Below, piece by piece: positions 1-10,453 of a stretch of 64,000 bases of DNA. Within the stretch, counting starts at the first letter, position 1. Every line of letters begins with the position of its first letter. This stretch comes from Terriglobia bacterium (GTDB taxonomy: Bacteria > Acidobacteriota > Terriglobia > 20CM-2-55-15). Under the pieces are notes generated by a model. It had not been told where the DNA came from, searched no databases, and saw nothing but the letters and a program-made list of their open reading frames with translations. The translations under genes and the position numbers were made by a program. The stretch is taken from positions 303,784-367,783 of the forward strand of contig CAXWPJ010000006.1 in assembly GCA_963664115.2 (NCBI GenBank), given 5' to 3'.

Positions 1-1158
1 TGGAAGGAGTTGCTTGCATCCCGCTTGGCCTCGGATGGCGGTGTCTGGTCCCAGAAGGAACTCGTCCTCCCCATCGTGAAAGACGCAGACATCGTTTCGC
101 TGGGCGAAGGGAACACGCCGATGCTCGCGAGTCCGCGGATGGCTCGGGCTTTGGGGGTGAGAGAGATTTTCGTCAAGCAGTGCGGCACCTCGCATACCGG
201 TTCCTTCAAGGACCTTGGTATGACAGTACTTGTGTCCATGGTCAACCGGATCCGGTCCCGGATCCGTGCCGTTGCGTGTGCTTCGACCGGGGATACCTCG
301 GCAGCTTTGGCCGCATACTGCGCGGCAGCAGGAATACCGTCCATAGTATTCCTGCCCAAAGGCAAGGTGTCGTTGCCACAGTTGATCCAGCCCATTTCAA
401 ACGGCGCACTGACGCTGTCGCTCGATACCGATTTCGACGGTTGCATGGAACTGGTCCAGAAGATTACTGAGGACTCTTCGATATATCTGGCGAACTCAAT
501 GAACTCCTTGAGGGTCGAAGGGCAGAAAACGATCAGCCTGGAAATCATCCAGCAATTGAGATGGGAGGTGCCCGATTACGTTGTTGTCCCCGGCGGCAAC
601 CTCGGCAACATTTCGGCGATCGGTATGGGTTTCATGCTGGCCAGAGATCTGGGAATAATTGATCGTCTGCCCCGACTCGTCTGCGCGCAGACGGAAATGG
701 CAAATCCCTTGTTTCGCGCCTACCAATCGGGATTCGAACGTTTCGAGCCGATTGTTGCGGGTCCGACGATGGCGACTGCCATTCAGATCGGCAATCCGGT
801 CAGCTTTCCGAAGGCTGTCCGGGCGCTTCAGGCCAGTGACGGCATCGTCGGACAGGTGAGCGAGGCGGAGTTGGGGGATGCAGCCGTGTTCGGTGACGGT
901 TTCGGGCTTTTCAATGACCCTCAAACTGGTGTTGCAATTGGAGTTACAAGAAAATTGATCGCATCTGGAGATATCGAGAAAGATGCTCGAATCGTTGTCA
1001 TCAGCACCGCCCATGGGCTGAAATTTGTCGACTTCAAATTGAAATTGCATCAGGGCAAGGTTCCTGGTACCGACCCTGCGCTCCGGAACCTGCCGATCGA
1101 GGTTCCTGCCGACATCGACAAGGTACGGAGAGTCCTCGATGGCAGCCTACCTGCTTGA
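1..1158 (+). CDS. thrC: Threonine synthase (5'-truncated by window edge)
   Basis: SLGEGNTP, PLP-lysine motif TGSFKDLG, CASTGDTSA, PGGNLGN and STAHGLKF. The frame is open from base 1. Confidence 0.93.
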   Translation, partial: WKELLASRLASDGGVWSQKELVLPIVKDADIVSLGEGNTPMLASPRMARALGVREIFVKQCGTSHTGSFKDLGMTVLVSMVNRIRSRIRAVACASTGDTSAALAAYCAAAGIPSIVFLPKGKVSLPQLIQPISNGALTLSLDTDFDGCMELVQKITEDSSIYLANSMNSLRVEGQKTISLEIIQQLRWEVPDYVVVPGGNLGNISAIGMGFMLARDLGIIDRLPRLVCAQTEMANPLFRAYQSGFERFEPIVAGPTMATAIQIGNPVSFPKAVRALQASDGIVGQVSEAELGDAAVFGDGFGLFNDPQTGVAIGVTRKLIASGDIEKDARIVVISTAHGLKFVDFKLKLHQGKVPGTDPALRNLPIEVPADIDKVRRVLDGSLPA

Positions 1159-1219
1159 CAATCCCTTGCAACGAAAAGCTATACTTTTTCAATAAGTTAG
1201 CGTTGTTCGAAGGTGATTT

Positions 1220-4200
1220 GTGGTCAAAATGAACACATTACTGCGGCTGTTGTGCGCATTACTGGTGGTCACGTGTGTGTCCGTGCCGGTAGCGGCCCAG
1301 TCTGTGTTCCATTTTCCGCGCGTCTCTATGAGCGAGGGAGGCGGTGTCGGAGGGGGCGACGGTCGGTCCTCGCATGTCACGGTTACCAACCCGTCGGAGT
1401 CTACGGCTGAAGTCGAATTCGAGCTGATTGGGCTGGACGGATCCCAGGTCGGGGCTCCAGCCAATCCGGTGCGTTACCGGGTCGAACCCGACAGCATTCT
1501 GTCGATGGGGATTGACACGGTCTTTGCGACCTCAGGTGCGGCCGGGTGGATTCGCGTCAGCAGCGATCAGTCGGGCTTGGCAGCCCGGCTCCAAACAGGA
1601 GACTTCGCCACCAGCCTCGAGGAAATCGCACCCGGCATTCCTCTGGCCGATCAGCTTGTGGTCATCCCGAGCGGGGACCCACAGGCGCTGCGTGTTTTGC
1701 GAGTCGTCAATCCGTCTGACAGTCTAACTGCCGTAAACGTGACGGTCTTTGATAATCAGGGAAACGTTGCGGAGAGCTTTGCCGTGGCGCTGGAGGCCTT
1801 TTCGGGTAGTGATTTCAGCTTGGTCTCTTCAGGGGCGGGGGCGCGGATCAGTTCGAGCCAAGCCGTTGTGGCCCAGGTGGAAATCAGCACAGACGATTCG
1901 CTGTTGCTGCTCAACGGTCAGGCAGCAAGCGGCTTGGCAGCAGCGTTTCGAGTTGCACCTCATGTAGTGATCGGTAATGGCTTTGAGTCGACCCTCGTAT
2001 TGTCCAATCCGACAGGGCAAACCATTAACGTGTTCGCGACCTTGTTCAGTCAATCAGGCGGTCCCGTCCATATTTCCCAGAGCCGGCCGCCCAGGCATGC
2101 CCTGGCGATCCCGGCCAACGGATCTGTTTCGATCGGTGCCGGCCGACTCACCGGGCTTCTGTTTGTTCCGGCCGTGGACGGCTGGATCGAAATTGAATCC
2201 CCGAACGTCGCGTTGGCAGGTGGACTGATCGTGTCACAAGGTCGGAATCGGACGATCTATCCACTACAAGTGGAGTCCGAGGCCAAGGTCTTCTATCCGC
2301 AGTCGGAAGTACTCGATTCTCAGTTTGCAGCTTTGGTGGTGACCAATCCGTCCGGGATTCCTGCCGATGTCGAAATCTCGGCGATCGATGCGGATGGTTA
2401 TACATTGGCCCGGTCCTCGTTCGTTGTTGCGGCGAAGAGCAAGATGACAGGGCTTGTCGGCGAACTGTTCCCCGGAATTGATTTGAATCAGGGAGGCACC
2501 CTGACCTTGAGGTCTTCGTCTTCCACTTACGGGCTTCTGATGGTCGGCCCCACAGATGGCTTTCTTGCTGCGGCCGGAGCGGAGACACTGTCCGCCGGAT
2601 TTTCCGGCGACCCAGGGCTTCGGCCGGAAATCACGTCGATAGAACCCGAGCAGGTACGGTCTGGAGATACCGTGCGTATCCGCGGGCAGTTACTCAATGT
2701 TAACACCTTGCTCCTGGGTGGCCTTCCGGTGAGTGCGCGTTCACTGGCACCCGGCATTGCCATTCTTTCTGTGGTTGTGCCGGATATTGAAGCCGGTTTC
2801 GTCGATTTCAAAATTCGAACCTCGGACGGTCTCGAGTCCGAGCCGTATACGATTCTCGTGCTTCCGTCCGACCAGCAATCCTTACGCGAAGTGCGAGGAC
2901 GGGCTTTTTTCCAAAAAATCGATCTCGAGGCGGATGGCCTTGATCTCTCCCAACCTGTCATGGTGCCGATTCGTGAAGCGCGGGTCGATGTATTCAGCCA
3001 GTTGACCGGCGCAGTGTTCTCGGTTGCGGGTACCGACCGGTACGGGAACTTCCGGGCTTTGGTTCCTGTCGGTTCGGAGTATGCATTACGTGCCCTGAGC
3101 CAATCGTCTGAGTCCGGAGTGGCCGTGGCGGACAACACGAGCGGCGGTGCCCTCTATTTAGTCAGCGCAGGTATAGAGGTCGAGACTGCTCCGGTGTTGC
3201 TTGCCCTGGACGCGGACCGTACTTCGGGCGCTTTTAACATCCTGGAAGTGATTCGACAGGGTAACGCCTTTCTCAGGGCGATGGATTCGGATCTGCCGGT
3301 GCCGACCATGGGCATCTTCTGGAGTCCGAACAATACTGCGACCGCAGGTGACGCTGACCAGGGTCAGATTGGCGGTACGTTCTTCAACGCAGAAACGAAC
3401 ACGGCGTTCATTCTGGGAGACCGCGCAACGGATTCGGATGAGTTTGATGACTCCGTAATTCTCCACGAGTATGCGCACCTGTTGGCAACGAGATTCTCGA
3501 GAGATGATTCTCGTGGCGGCCCCCACGTGCTTGGCGACGCACTCGATCCGAGAGTGGCCTGGTCGGAGGGTTGGGCGAATTTCTTTTCCGCTTTGGTTCG
3601 CAACAGTCCGATCTACAGGGACTCGCTGGGTTTTGGTGGTGAGGCTGTCCTGGAATATAACCTGGAAGAAAACGTACCCATCGGGGATCAACCCGGCTAC
3701 TGGAGTGAATTTTCGGTCCACTCGATTCTGTGGGACCTGGCAGACTCGACCCCGGATACTGGGGATGCTATCGAGATTCCACTTCCTGTCATATGGGAAG
3801 CTTTTCTTCAGTTGAGTGATGACACCTTCGTCTACGTCCCGTCGTTTCTGGATCGCCTGACATCGTTGTTGCCTCTCGAGGCGTCTGGAATTGAGCAGAT
3901 CACACGGATGCGTTCCATCGACTATGTCGCGTCGGCCCTGCCCAGTGTGTCGAATCCTTTTCCGCGTTTGGTGGGAGGCACAGACACAGTCACCGGCGAT
4001 GTAGATTCGCTTTCAAGAGGGCGTGTCAACCTGGCTCAATCTGCGCACCACTATGTTTTCGACGTGGATGGCGGTGCAGTCTCCATTCGTCTGGACATTA
4101 CGGGCCTGGGCCAGGGCCAAAACCCCAACTCGAACGATCTGGATCTGTTCTTGACGGATTCCGGGGGCCGAGTTTTGGCCCGATCGGATCGGGGCCTGGA

Positions 4201-4339
4201 CGGACAATCCGAGTTGATCTCGACGTTCCTTCCTGCCGGTCGCTATGTGATCGAGATCCGGAGTTTCTATACGCAGGGCGAGACAGGCGCGCTGGTCTTC
4301 AACTCCGGTTCCTACAGTCTTCAGATACGCCTACCGTAA
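1220..4339 (+). CDS. Large secreted multidomain zinc metallopeptidase (Ig-like repeats, IPT/TIG, HExxH domain, C-terminal PPC-like domain)
   Basis: Signal peptide ending VAA-Q; four 'xTNPS/NPT...V...xDxxG' beta modules; 'PEITSIEP' TIG-like segment; ILHEYAH with downstream WSEGWA; C-terminal 'NDLDLFL...E.I...LPAGRYVIEI'. Confidence 0.75.
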   Translation: MVKMNTLLRLLCALLVVTCVSVPVAAQSVFHFPRVSMSEGGGVGGGDGRSSHVTVTNPSESTAEVEFELIGLDGSQVGAPANPVRYRVEPDSILSMGIDTVFATSGAAGWIRVSSDQSGLAARLQTGDFATSLEEIAPGIPLADQLVVIPSGDPQALRVLRVVNPSDSLTAVNVTVFDNQGNVAESFAVALEAFSGSDFSLVSSGAGARISSSQAVVAQVEISTDDSLLLLNGQAASGLAAAFRVAPHVVIGNGFESTLVLSNPTGQTINVFATLFSQSGGPVHISQSRPPRHALAIPANGSVSIGAGRLTGLLFVPAVDGWIEIESPNVALAGGLIVSQGRNRTIYPLQVESEAKVFYPQSEVLDSQFAALVVTNPSGIPADVEISAIDADGYTLARSSFVVAAKSKMTGLVGELFPGIDLNQGGTLTLRSSSSTYGLLMVGPTDGFLAAAGAETLSAGFSGDPGLRPEITSIEPEQVRSGDTVRIRGQLLNVNTLLLGGLPVSARSLAPGIAILSVVVPDIEAGFVDFKIRTSDGLESEPYTILVLPSDQQSLREVRGRAFFQKIDLEADGLDLSQPVMVPIREARVDVFSQLTGAVFSVAGTDRYGNFRALVPVGSEYALRALSQSSESGVAVADNTSGGALYLVSAGIEVETAPVLLALDADRTSGAFNILEVIRQGNAFLRAMDSDLPVPTMGIFWSPNNTATAGDADQGQIGGTFFNAETNTAFILGDRATDSDEFDDSVILHEYAHLLATRFSRDDSRGGPHVLGDALDPRVAWSEGWANFFSALVRNSPIYRDSLGFGGEAVLEYNLEENVPIGDQPGYWSEFSVHSILWDLADSTPDTGDAIEIPLPVIWEAFLQLSDDTFVYVPSFLDRLTSLLPLEASGIEQITRMRSIDYVASALPSVSNPFPRLVGGTDTVTGDVDSLSRGRVNLAQSAHHYVFDVDGGAVSIRLDITGLGQGQNPNSNDLDLFLTDSGGRVLARSDRGLDGQSELISTFLPAGRYVIEIRSFYTQGETGALVFNSGSYSLQIRLP

Positions 4340-4444
4340 AAATTTCATAGTTGAAGATTACGAACTGCTCTTCTGATGGGGAAACCAGACTCAGGACGGT
4401 AGGTCCCGGCTAAGAAATTTCCATACGTACAAGAAATGTCCGGA

Positions 4445-5617
4445 TCAGGAAGCGTCCTGGTAGGAATCGAGAGCCGCCCGCACTCCAGCGCCGGGGGAAG
4501 CGCTGAATCCCATCTCGGAAAGGATTTCTTCCAGTCCGTTGATCAGGAGCAGCACGTTGTTGCGTTGAGATGAATATCCCATCAAACCGATCCTCCAGAT
4601 CTTCCCCTTGAGATCGGTTAGCCCGCCGACGATTTCTATTCCGTAACGCTTGAGGAGCTTCGACCTTACCTCGGCTTCGTCGATGCCGTCGGGCACCTTC
4701 ACGGTGTTTACGGTCCAGGCACGTACCTCGCTTTTGGCAAACATCTCCAGACCCATCGCTTCCAGACCCGCGACAAGCGCGAGATGGTTTTCCCGGTGCC
4801 GCGCGAAGCGATTGGCGAGACCTTCCTCTTCGATGACCCGTAACGATTCCCGCAACGCGTAGTTCATCGAAATCGGAGCCGTGTGATGATAGCGGCGATC
4901 GCTGCCCCAGTACTTTTCAAGCATGGACACATCCAGGTACCAGCTCTGAACGGGTTCTTTGCGCGACCGCAGCTGTCGAATCGCGTTCGGCGACAGCGTA
5001 ACAGGAGCGAGTCCCGGGGGACAGCTCAGGCACTTCTGGCTGCCGCTGTATACGAAGTCGAGTCCGTTGGTCGCCACGTCGACGGGTTGACCTCCAAGCG
5101 AGGCTACAGCGTCCACGATCGTGATGATGTCGTCGTCACGTAGCAATTGTGCGAGGGGTTCGATGGGCTGTGCTACACCTGTGGAAGTTTCGACATGGAC
5201 GAAGGCCACGACTTTCGGCCGTTTTTTTTGGATGGCCTGGCGTAATTGATCGGGGGTGACGGCCTCGCCCGGAGAGGCTTCTACGATCTCGACCTCCCCC
5301 CCTGCCCGGTGCGCAATCTGTAGCATGCGATCGGCGAAGAATCCAGCCGAGCAAACGAGGACGGCGTCCCCTGGCTCGATCATGTTGACCATGGCCGTTT
5401 CCATGCCTGCGGTTCCTGTTCCCGAGACCGGCAGCGTGAGGGGGTTCTCCGCTTGAAAGACACCCCGGAGGCCTTTCTGGATTTCGTCCATCACGTCCAG
5501 AAAAACAGGATCCAGATGGCTGACCAGGGTCTGCGACATGGCTTTGAGCACACGGGGGTCGACATCGCTCGGGCCAGGCCCCAACAAGATTCGGAACGGA
5601 GGGTTGAACTCTTTCAC
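4445..5617 (-). CDS. Alanine-glyoxylate / serine-pyruvate aminotransferase (class V PLP)
   Basis: LLGPGPS, SGTGTAGME, HVETSTGV, DAVASLGG, SGSQKCLSCPPG and RIGLMG. Start placed at GTG 5617. Confidence 0.9.
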   Translation of the reverse strand: MKEFNPPFRILLGPGPSDVDPRVLKAMSQTLVSHLDPVFLDVMDEIQKGLRGVFQAENPLTLPVSGTGTAGMETAMVNMIEPGDAVLVCSAGFFADRMLQIAHRAGGEVEIVEASPGEAVTPDQLRQAIQKKRPKVVAFVHVETSTGVAQPIEPLAQLLRDDDIITIVDAVASLGGQPVDVATNGLDFVYSGSQKCLSCPPGLAPVTLSPNAIRQLRSRKEPVQSWYLDVSMLEKYWGSDRRYHHTAPISMNYALRESLRVIEEEGLANRFARHRENHLALVAGLEAMGLEMFAKSEVRAWTVNTVKVPDGIDEAEVRSKLLKRYGIEIVGGLTDLKGKIWRIGLMGYSSQRNNVLLLINGLEEILSEMGFSASPGAGVRAALDSYQDAS

Positions 5618-5745
5618 AGTTGTAGCGACTCCATTGGTAAGTGGCGTGGTTGGTAGCGTCCCAGAATGTTTTTTGGACTTATACGCTAGGAAAATCTGAT
5701 TGCGGGAGTCTTCAAGATGGAGATTATAACCGCTTGCGGCAGACT

Positions 5746-6246
5746 TTACGAACCCTCGACACAACCCTTCGCCAGTGAAAGTGCCAGTCGTACTGCGTCT
5801 TCGGGTGTCGCTACAGCTTGAAATTCAGGTTCCGCGTAGCGGATTCCATTGCGGACGGCGTCCCATGTGCGGAGCCCCACGACCGGTGTGCCCACCTTGA
5901 TGGCGAGGGCAATTTCCGAAAGGGTCCCAGGACCGCCTGCGATCGCTATGATAGCGTGTGCAGTCAGGACGTTGATCGCGTTCCGGGCGTTGCCCATACC
6001 CGTAACGATCGGGAGTTCGACCCAGCGGTTTGCGTGCCCGTCGTTGTCGTCGGGAAGGATACCCACGACCAAACCGCCGGCTTCTGCCCCACCGCGGGCC
6101 GCGGCTTCCATCACGCCGCCACCACCACCACAGATCAGCACAGCACCGTGCTCAGCGATACCGCGACCCACGCTTTCAGCGATTCTGGAAATTTCCGCGT
6201 CACACTGTCCGGAGCCCATGACGCCTATCCGTAATTTCCGTTCCAT
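5746..6246 (-). CDS. TIGR00725 / LOG-Smf-like Rossmann-fold protein
   Basis: CGGGGGVMEAAARG, TGMGNARN and GGPGTLSEIA motifs. Confidence 0.85.
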   Translation of the reverse strand: MERKLRIGVMGSGQCDAEISRIAESVGRGIAEHGAVLICGGGGGVMEAAARGGAEAGGLVVGILPDDNDGHANRWVELPIVTGMGNARNAINVLTAHAIIAIAGGPGTLSEIALAIKVGTPVVGLRTWDAVRNGIRYAEPEFQAVATPEDAVRLALSLAKGCVEGS

Positions 6247-6278
6247 CCCTTAGTGTTGCCCTACCGTCTGAAATACAC

Positions 6279-6337
6279 AACGCAGAGACGCAGAGGCCGC
6301 AAAGAAAAATTCCTTTGCGTCTCTGCGCCTCTGAGTT
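6279..6337. repeat. Imperfect palindrome built of CGCAGAG-type units (REP/MITE-like), copy 1
   Basis: AACGCAGAGACGCAGAGGCCGCAAAG, AT-rich loop, then CTTTGCGTCTCTGCGCCTCTGAGTT. Confidence 0.75.
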
Positions 6338-6399
6338 AACAGTCATTTATCGTTCGGTGACACCCACCAGAGGCGGGTTTGATGAAACTCGTCACGGGT

Positions 6400-7233
6400 T
6401 CAGTTCATCATCGCGCGGATACGGTTTACATCTTTTAAGTACGACTCTATTTTAGAGTTGTCCTCGGAGTCGGCAGAGTGCTTGAGAAACCACTTGAGAT
6501 CGCTTGCAGCTCCCCTGAACTGGCGTAGCTGAAGACGCAGAAGGCCGCGCTCTTTGTAGAGTTCCAGGGTGTCGGGTTCGGTCAGTATCATCAGGTCCAA
6601 AATCACGAGGGCCTTGTCGAACGTCTGTGCTTGAAGGTATATCGCCCTCAGGTTGACCAGCATGCGCGTGAGGATATGGCGGTTGGTGACCCGCCGCAGC
6701 CACTGTTCTGAGCTTCGACCGGTTTCGAGTTGTCCGGGTGGAAGCAGTCCACGACAGTCGTCGCGTGTGAGGATGGCTCCCTGGTTAAAGGGATCGACGA
6801 AAATTTCTTCGGTTCGGGATAAGTACTTGACCAGGAAGTGGCCCGGCATTCCGACTCCATCGATATTGAAACCGACGCGGCGGGCAACCTCAATGTAGAT
6901 GGCCGACAGGGTGATGGGGATCCCCTTCCGCCGCTCGATGACATCGTTCAGGAAGCTGTTGCGAGGGTCGTAGTATTTTTCCGCATTACCCTCAAACCCG
7001 TAATCGAGGAAGAGAACCTGGTTGATCGCCGCAATGGTTTCTATTGGAGAAGAATCGGTGGCCGTTTTGTTTTCTACGCTATCAGCCATGCGATCGAGTT
7101 CGTCCAGATATGGGGTCAGCGACAGGTGCGGGTACTCTTCACAGGCCAGGAGCAGAGCGGCCTCGGCCAGAGGGATGCCTAGATCCGGTAGTGTGATCAG
7201 CTCCTTAAATGTCTCTCTGGATCGTGTCGTCAT
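6400..7233 (-). CDS. SirB1-family transglutaminase-like protein with C-terminal TPR
   Basis: YYDPRNSFLNDVIERRKGIPITL and GVGMPGHFL motifs, TPR-like tail. ATG 7233 overlaps the upstream stop (ATGA). Confidence 0.88.
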   Translation of the reverse strand: MTTRSRETFKELITLPDLGIPLAEAALLLACEEYPHLSLTPYLDELDRMADSVENKTATDSSPIETIAAINQVLFLDYGFEGNAEKYYDPRNSFLNDVIERRKGIPITLSAIYIEVARRVGFNIDGVGMPGHFLVKYLSRTEEIFVDPFNQGAILTRDDCRGLLPPGQLETGRSSEQWLRRVTNRHILTRMLVNLRAIYLQAQTFDKALVILDLMILTEPDTLELYKERGLLRLQLRQFRGAASDLKWFLKHSADSEDNSKIESYLKDVNRIRAMMN

Positions 7234-7901
7234 GCCAACCGCTCCTCGAACCAACTTTCAAAATCCTGAATCGATGCGAGAATCCAATCCGCTTCCCTCA
7301 GTTGAGACCGATCGTAGGAATGTTCCAGCGCAAGACATCGAAGGCCCGCGGATTTCGCTGACCGAATGCCTCCGACGGAGTCTTCCACGGCCAGGCACCG
7401 ATGGGGCTCGAGCGGACCGTGGCGTTCCCCTAAGAGCTCGGTGGCTTTGAGGAAGGGTTCGGGACTTGGCTTTCCAGCGTCGACATCTTCGGCGGCCACG
7501 ATGACGGAGAAGTAGGTCCCAAGGGCGCCCTCTTTGAGGATCCAGTCGATTTCATCCCTTCGGGCACCGGAGGCCATCCCCAGCGGACAGCTCTCCGCTG
7601 CCGCTTGCACCGCCCGCACAGCGCCCTCGAAAAGTACGTGCCTCTCGCCCAGGAGCCCGAAGTAGCTTTTCGATTTGCGAGCCACAAGCGTTTGCAGTGT
7701 GTCGGAGGTCAGGTCCAGGTTGTGGTCACCATATAGCGCGCGAAACAAGTCCCAGTCGTTGAGCGCCAGGTATCGTTCGTAATATGCAGTGTCGGTCAGT
7801 GAAAGTCCTTCTTCGCGTGCGATGATTCGGAAGGCTTCCAGATGAATCGGTTCGTCGTTGGCCAGGACGCCATTGAAGTCGAAGATTACGGCTTGAAACA
7901 T
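7230..7901 (-). CDS. HAD-family phosphatase (beta-PGM-like)
   Basis: IFDFNGVL motif I, GKPSPEPF and VEDS..GI. Confidence 0.88.
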   Translation of the reverse strand: MFQAVIFDFNGVLANDEPIHLEAFRIIAREEGLSLTDTAYYERYLALNDWDLFRALYGDHNLDLTSDTLQTLVARKSKSYFGLLGERHVLFEGAVRAVQAAAESCPLGMASGARRDEIDWILKEGALGTYFSVIVAAEDVDAGKPSPEPFLKATELLGERHGPLEPHRCLAVEDSVGGIRSAKSAGLRCLALEHSYDRSQLREADWILASIQDFESWFEERLA

Positions 7902-8099
7902 GGTGATCGCGCTTGTGCCCGGTCCCAACAGCGGCGAGGGGGCATTAGCTAAGTTACCATGGTTCCCACGTTGGGCCCGTGTGGGTCGAACAGGGCATTG
8001 CCTATCCGTCCCAGACCACTGCTATTTTTCGTTCGTGGGCTGTTAAAGAAGCCGTCGAAATGCACCCGAGTTCCTAACTGATAAGATACGAGACTGCCT

Positions 8100-9200
8100 A
8101 TGAATTACGACGTCATCGTTGTTGGCGGTGGAGCGATTGGGCTGGCCCTGGCTCGCAGCTTGGCCGGGGACCGATCCGTTCTCCTGATCGAGCGGGGCTC
8201 GATCGGCCGGGAGTCGTCGTGGGCGGCAGCGGGAATGTTGTGCCCGCACAGCGAGGCCGATACCGACGACGCGTTATTGAGGTTGAGCCTCCGAAGCCTG
8301 ATCATGTACCGGTCTTTTGCAGCGGAACTGTCCGATGAGACCGGCATCGATATCGAATACCAGGACGACGGCGTGATAGTCCTCGCTTCGGACCCGCCGG
8401 AATACGAGTCCCTGCGGCATCGGTGTGAGTGGCAGCAGCGGTCTGGATTGGACGCGACCATGCTTTCTGCCGCCGACGTCCGGAGGCGGGAACCCCGTTT
8501 GACCCTTGAGATCGAGGGGGCGATGTTCTGTCCGGGTGATCATCAGATCCGTCCCCGAAGACTCATCGAGGCTCTTCGGCGCTCGTGTGCGATTCGCGGC
8601 GTCGAGATTCTGGAAAACACTCCGGTCCGAGCCGTGGTTTCGGCCGCGGACCGTGTGGAGGGCGTGCGGGCCGTTTCCGAGACCTTTGCTGCCCCGACCG
8701 TCATTCTGGCCGCCGGAGCATGGGCGTCCGAGATTGATGGCATGTGTCCGAGGATTCACATGAAGCCGCGGAAAGGACAGATACTCTCGCTCGAGATGCC
8801 GGGTCGGACGTTCCGGCACCTGATTCGATGGCGTCGACTTTATTTCGTTCCGAGGAGGGACGGAGAACTCGTTGTCGGTGCGACGAACGAAGATTGTGGA
8901 TTCGACCGCCGGCCCACGGCGGCGGGTTTGAGTGGATTGCTGGCCGATGCTCAACGGCTGTCTTCCGACGTCGGCAACTATCCGATTCTGGAAACGTGGG
9001 CGGGTCTGCGTCCGGCGACCGAAGACGGTCTTCCGGCCATCGGAGCTTCCGGAATCGATGGGCTCTTCTATGCTCTCGGCCACTATAGAAATGGAATCCT
9101 CCTGACGCCGGTCACCGCGAAAATCATAAATGCGCTGACGCGAGGGGACACGCCTGATGCAGAGGTGTCTGCTTTCTCGCCACTGCGTTTTTCCAAGTAA
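8100..9200 (+). CDS. thiO: Glycine oxidase (FAD-dependent DAO family)
   Basis: VVGGGAIG, SSWAAAGML, WAGLRP and GHYRNGILL. Confidence 0.85.
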   Translation: MNYDVIVVGGGAIGLALARSLAGDRSVLLIERGSIGRESSWAAAGMLCPHSEADTDDALLRLSLRSLIMYRSFAAELSDETGIDIEYQDDGVIVLASDPPEYESLRHRCEWQQRSGLDATMLSAADVRRREPRLTLEIEGAMFCPGDHQIRPRRLIEALRRSCAIRGVEILENTPVRAVVSAADRVEGVRAVSETFAAPTVILAAGAWASEIDGMCPRIHMKPRKGQILSLEMPGRTFRHLIRWRRLYFVPRRDGELVVGATNEDCGFDRRPTAAGLSGLLADAQRLSSDVGNYPILETWAGLRPATEDGLPAIGASGIDGLFYALGHYRNGILLTPVTAKIINALTRGDTPDAEVSAFSPLRFSK

Positions 9201-9248
9201 TACACAGCAGGTTTTTCTTTCCCATCAGGCTGGTATAATTGCGTCTTC

Positions 9249-10340
9249 ATGATTGATTCCACGATCATTGGGAAGGTCGAGCGAGGGGAACGGCTCAGTT
9301 TCGAGGACGGCGTAACTTTGTACGAGTCCGATGATGTTTTTGGAGTCGGCCGGCTCGCGCATCTAGTCCGTCTTCGCTTGAACGGGAACGCCGCCTACTA
9401 CAACGTGAACCGCCACATCAACTATACAAATATTTGTGTTATCGATTGCCAACTTTGCCAGGGAGCGTATGCGCGGAAGCCCGGCGAAGAAGGTGGCTAT
9501 GCGATGACCCTGGACAATGTTTTCGGGTTTGCGGCACAGAAATACAACGATTCGGTGACGGAGTTTCATATCGTAGGCGGCCTCAACCCTGCGCTGTCCT
9601 TTGATTACTATCTCGATTTACTGCGGGGGCTCCGGGAAAGGTTCCCTTCGGTGCATCTGAAAGCGTTCACGATGGTGGAGCTCGATTTCTTTGCCAAGAT
9701 TACGCGGAGACGGCTGGAGTGGGTTATTGAACAACTTCTTGAGGCGGGCTTGGGGAGTTGTCCAGGAGGTGGCGCCGAGATTTTTTCCGAGAGGGCCCGT
9801 CCGCTGATTGCGGGCCACAAGATGTCAGGAGAACGCTGGCTGGAGTGCGCGCGAACCCTTCACAAAATGGGCGTCCACTCCAATGCCACGATGTTGTACG
9901 GCCACGTCGAGACGATCCCCGAGAGGATCGATCATTTGGTCAGATTGCGCGAACTTCAGGACGAAACCCAGGGATTCAATTGTTTTATTCCTCTCGCCTT
10001 TCACCCGGAAAACACAGCCTACGATCAGTTGCCGCCAACCACGGGGACCGACGACCTCAAGACGATCGCCCTGGCCCGGTTGATGCTCGACAATTTCTCC
10101 CACATTAAGGCCTACTGGGTAACGATCACACCGGAACTCGCTCAGATTGCCCTCCGTTTCGGGGCCGATGATCTGGACGGCACGATCATAGAAGAGCGAA
10201 TCATCCACGGTGCCGGAAGCGAGACCAGCCTTGGGTTGACGCGGCAGCGGATTGAACTGTTGATCCGGGATGCCGGCTGCGTCCCCATCCAGCGCGACAC
10301 TCTCTATAATCCCGTCAATGCGAAAGTCGCCTCTTCCTAG
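9249..10340 (+). CDS. mqnE: Aminofutalosine synthase (radical SAM, menaquinone futalosine pathway)
   Basis: NRHINYTNICVIDCQLC (CxxxCxxC), PGGGAEIF, NATMLYGHVE, FIPLAFHPENT and HIKAYW. Confidence 0.9.
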   Translation: MIDSTIIGKVERGERLSFEDGVTLYESDDVFGVGRLAHLVRLRLNGNAAYYNVNRHINYTNICVIDCQLCQGAYARKPGEEGGYAMTLDNVFGFAAQKYNDSVTEFHIVGGLNPALSFDYYLDLLRGLRERFPSVHLKAFTMVELDFFAKITRRRLEWVIEQLLEAGLGSCPGGGAEIFSERARPLIAGHKMSGERWLECARTLHKMGVHSNATMLYGHVETIPERIDHLVRLRELQDETQGFNCFIPLAFHPENTAYDQLPPTTGTDDLKTIALARLMLDNFSHIKAYWVTITPELAQIALRFGADDLDGTIIEERIIHGAGSETSLGLTRQRIELLIRDAGCVPIQRDTLYNPVNAKVASS

Positions 10341-10360
10341 AGGCATCAGAATTCGGAATT

Positions 10361-10440
10361 AACGCAGAGGCGCGGAGACGCAGAGGTTTTTTTAAATTCT
10401 CTCTGATCTGCGTCCTCAGCGACCTTTGCGTCTCTGCGTT
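10361..10440. repeat. Imperfect palindrome of CGCAGAG-type units, copy 2, between convergent genes
   Basis: AACGCAGAGGCGCGGAGACGCAGAG ... CTCAGCGACCTTTGCGTCTCTGCGTT. Confidence 0.75.
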
Positions 10441-10453
10441 TAAATTTTCATTT

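Noticed and set aside
6279-10440. CRISPR array from CGCAGAG repeats
   Set aside because: No constant repeat-spacer periodicity and no cas genes.
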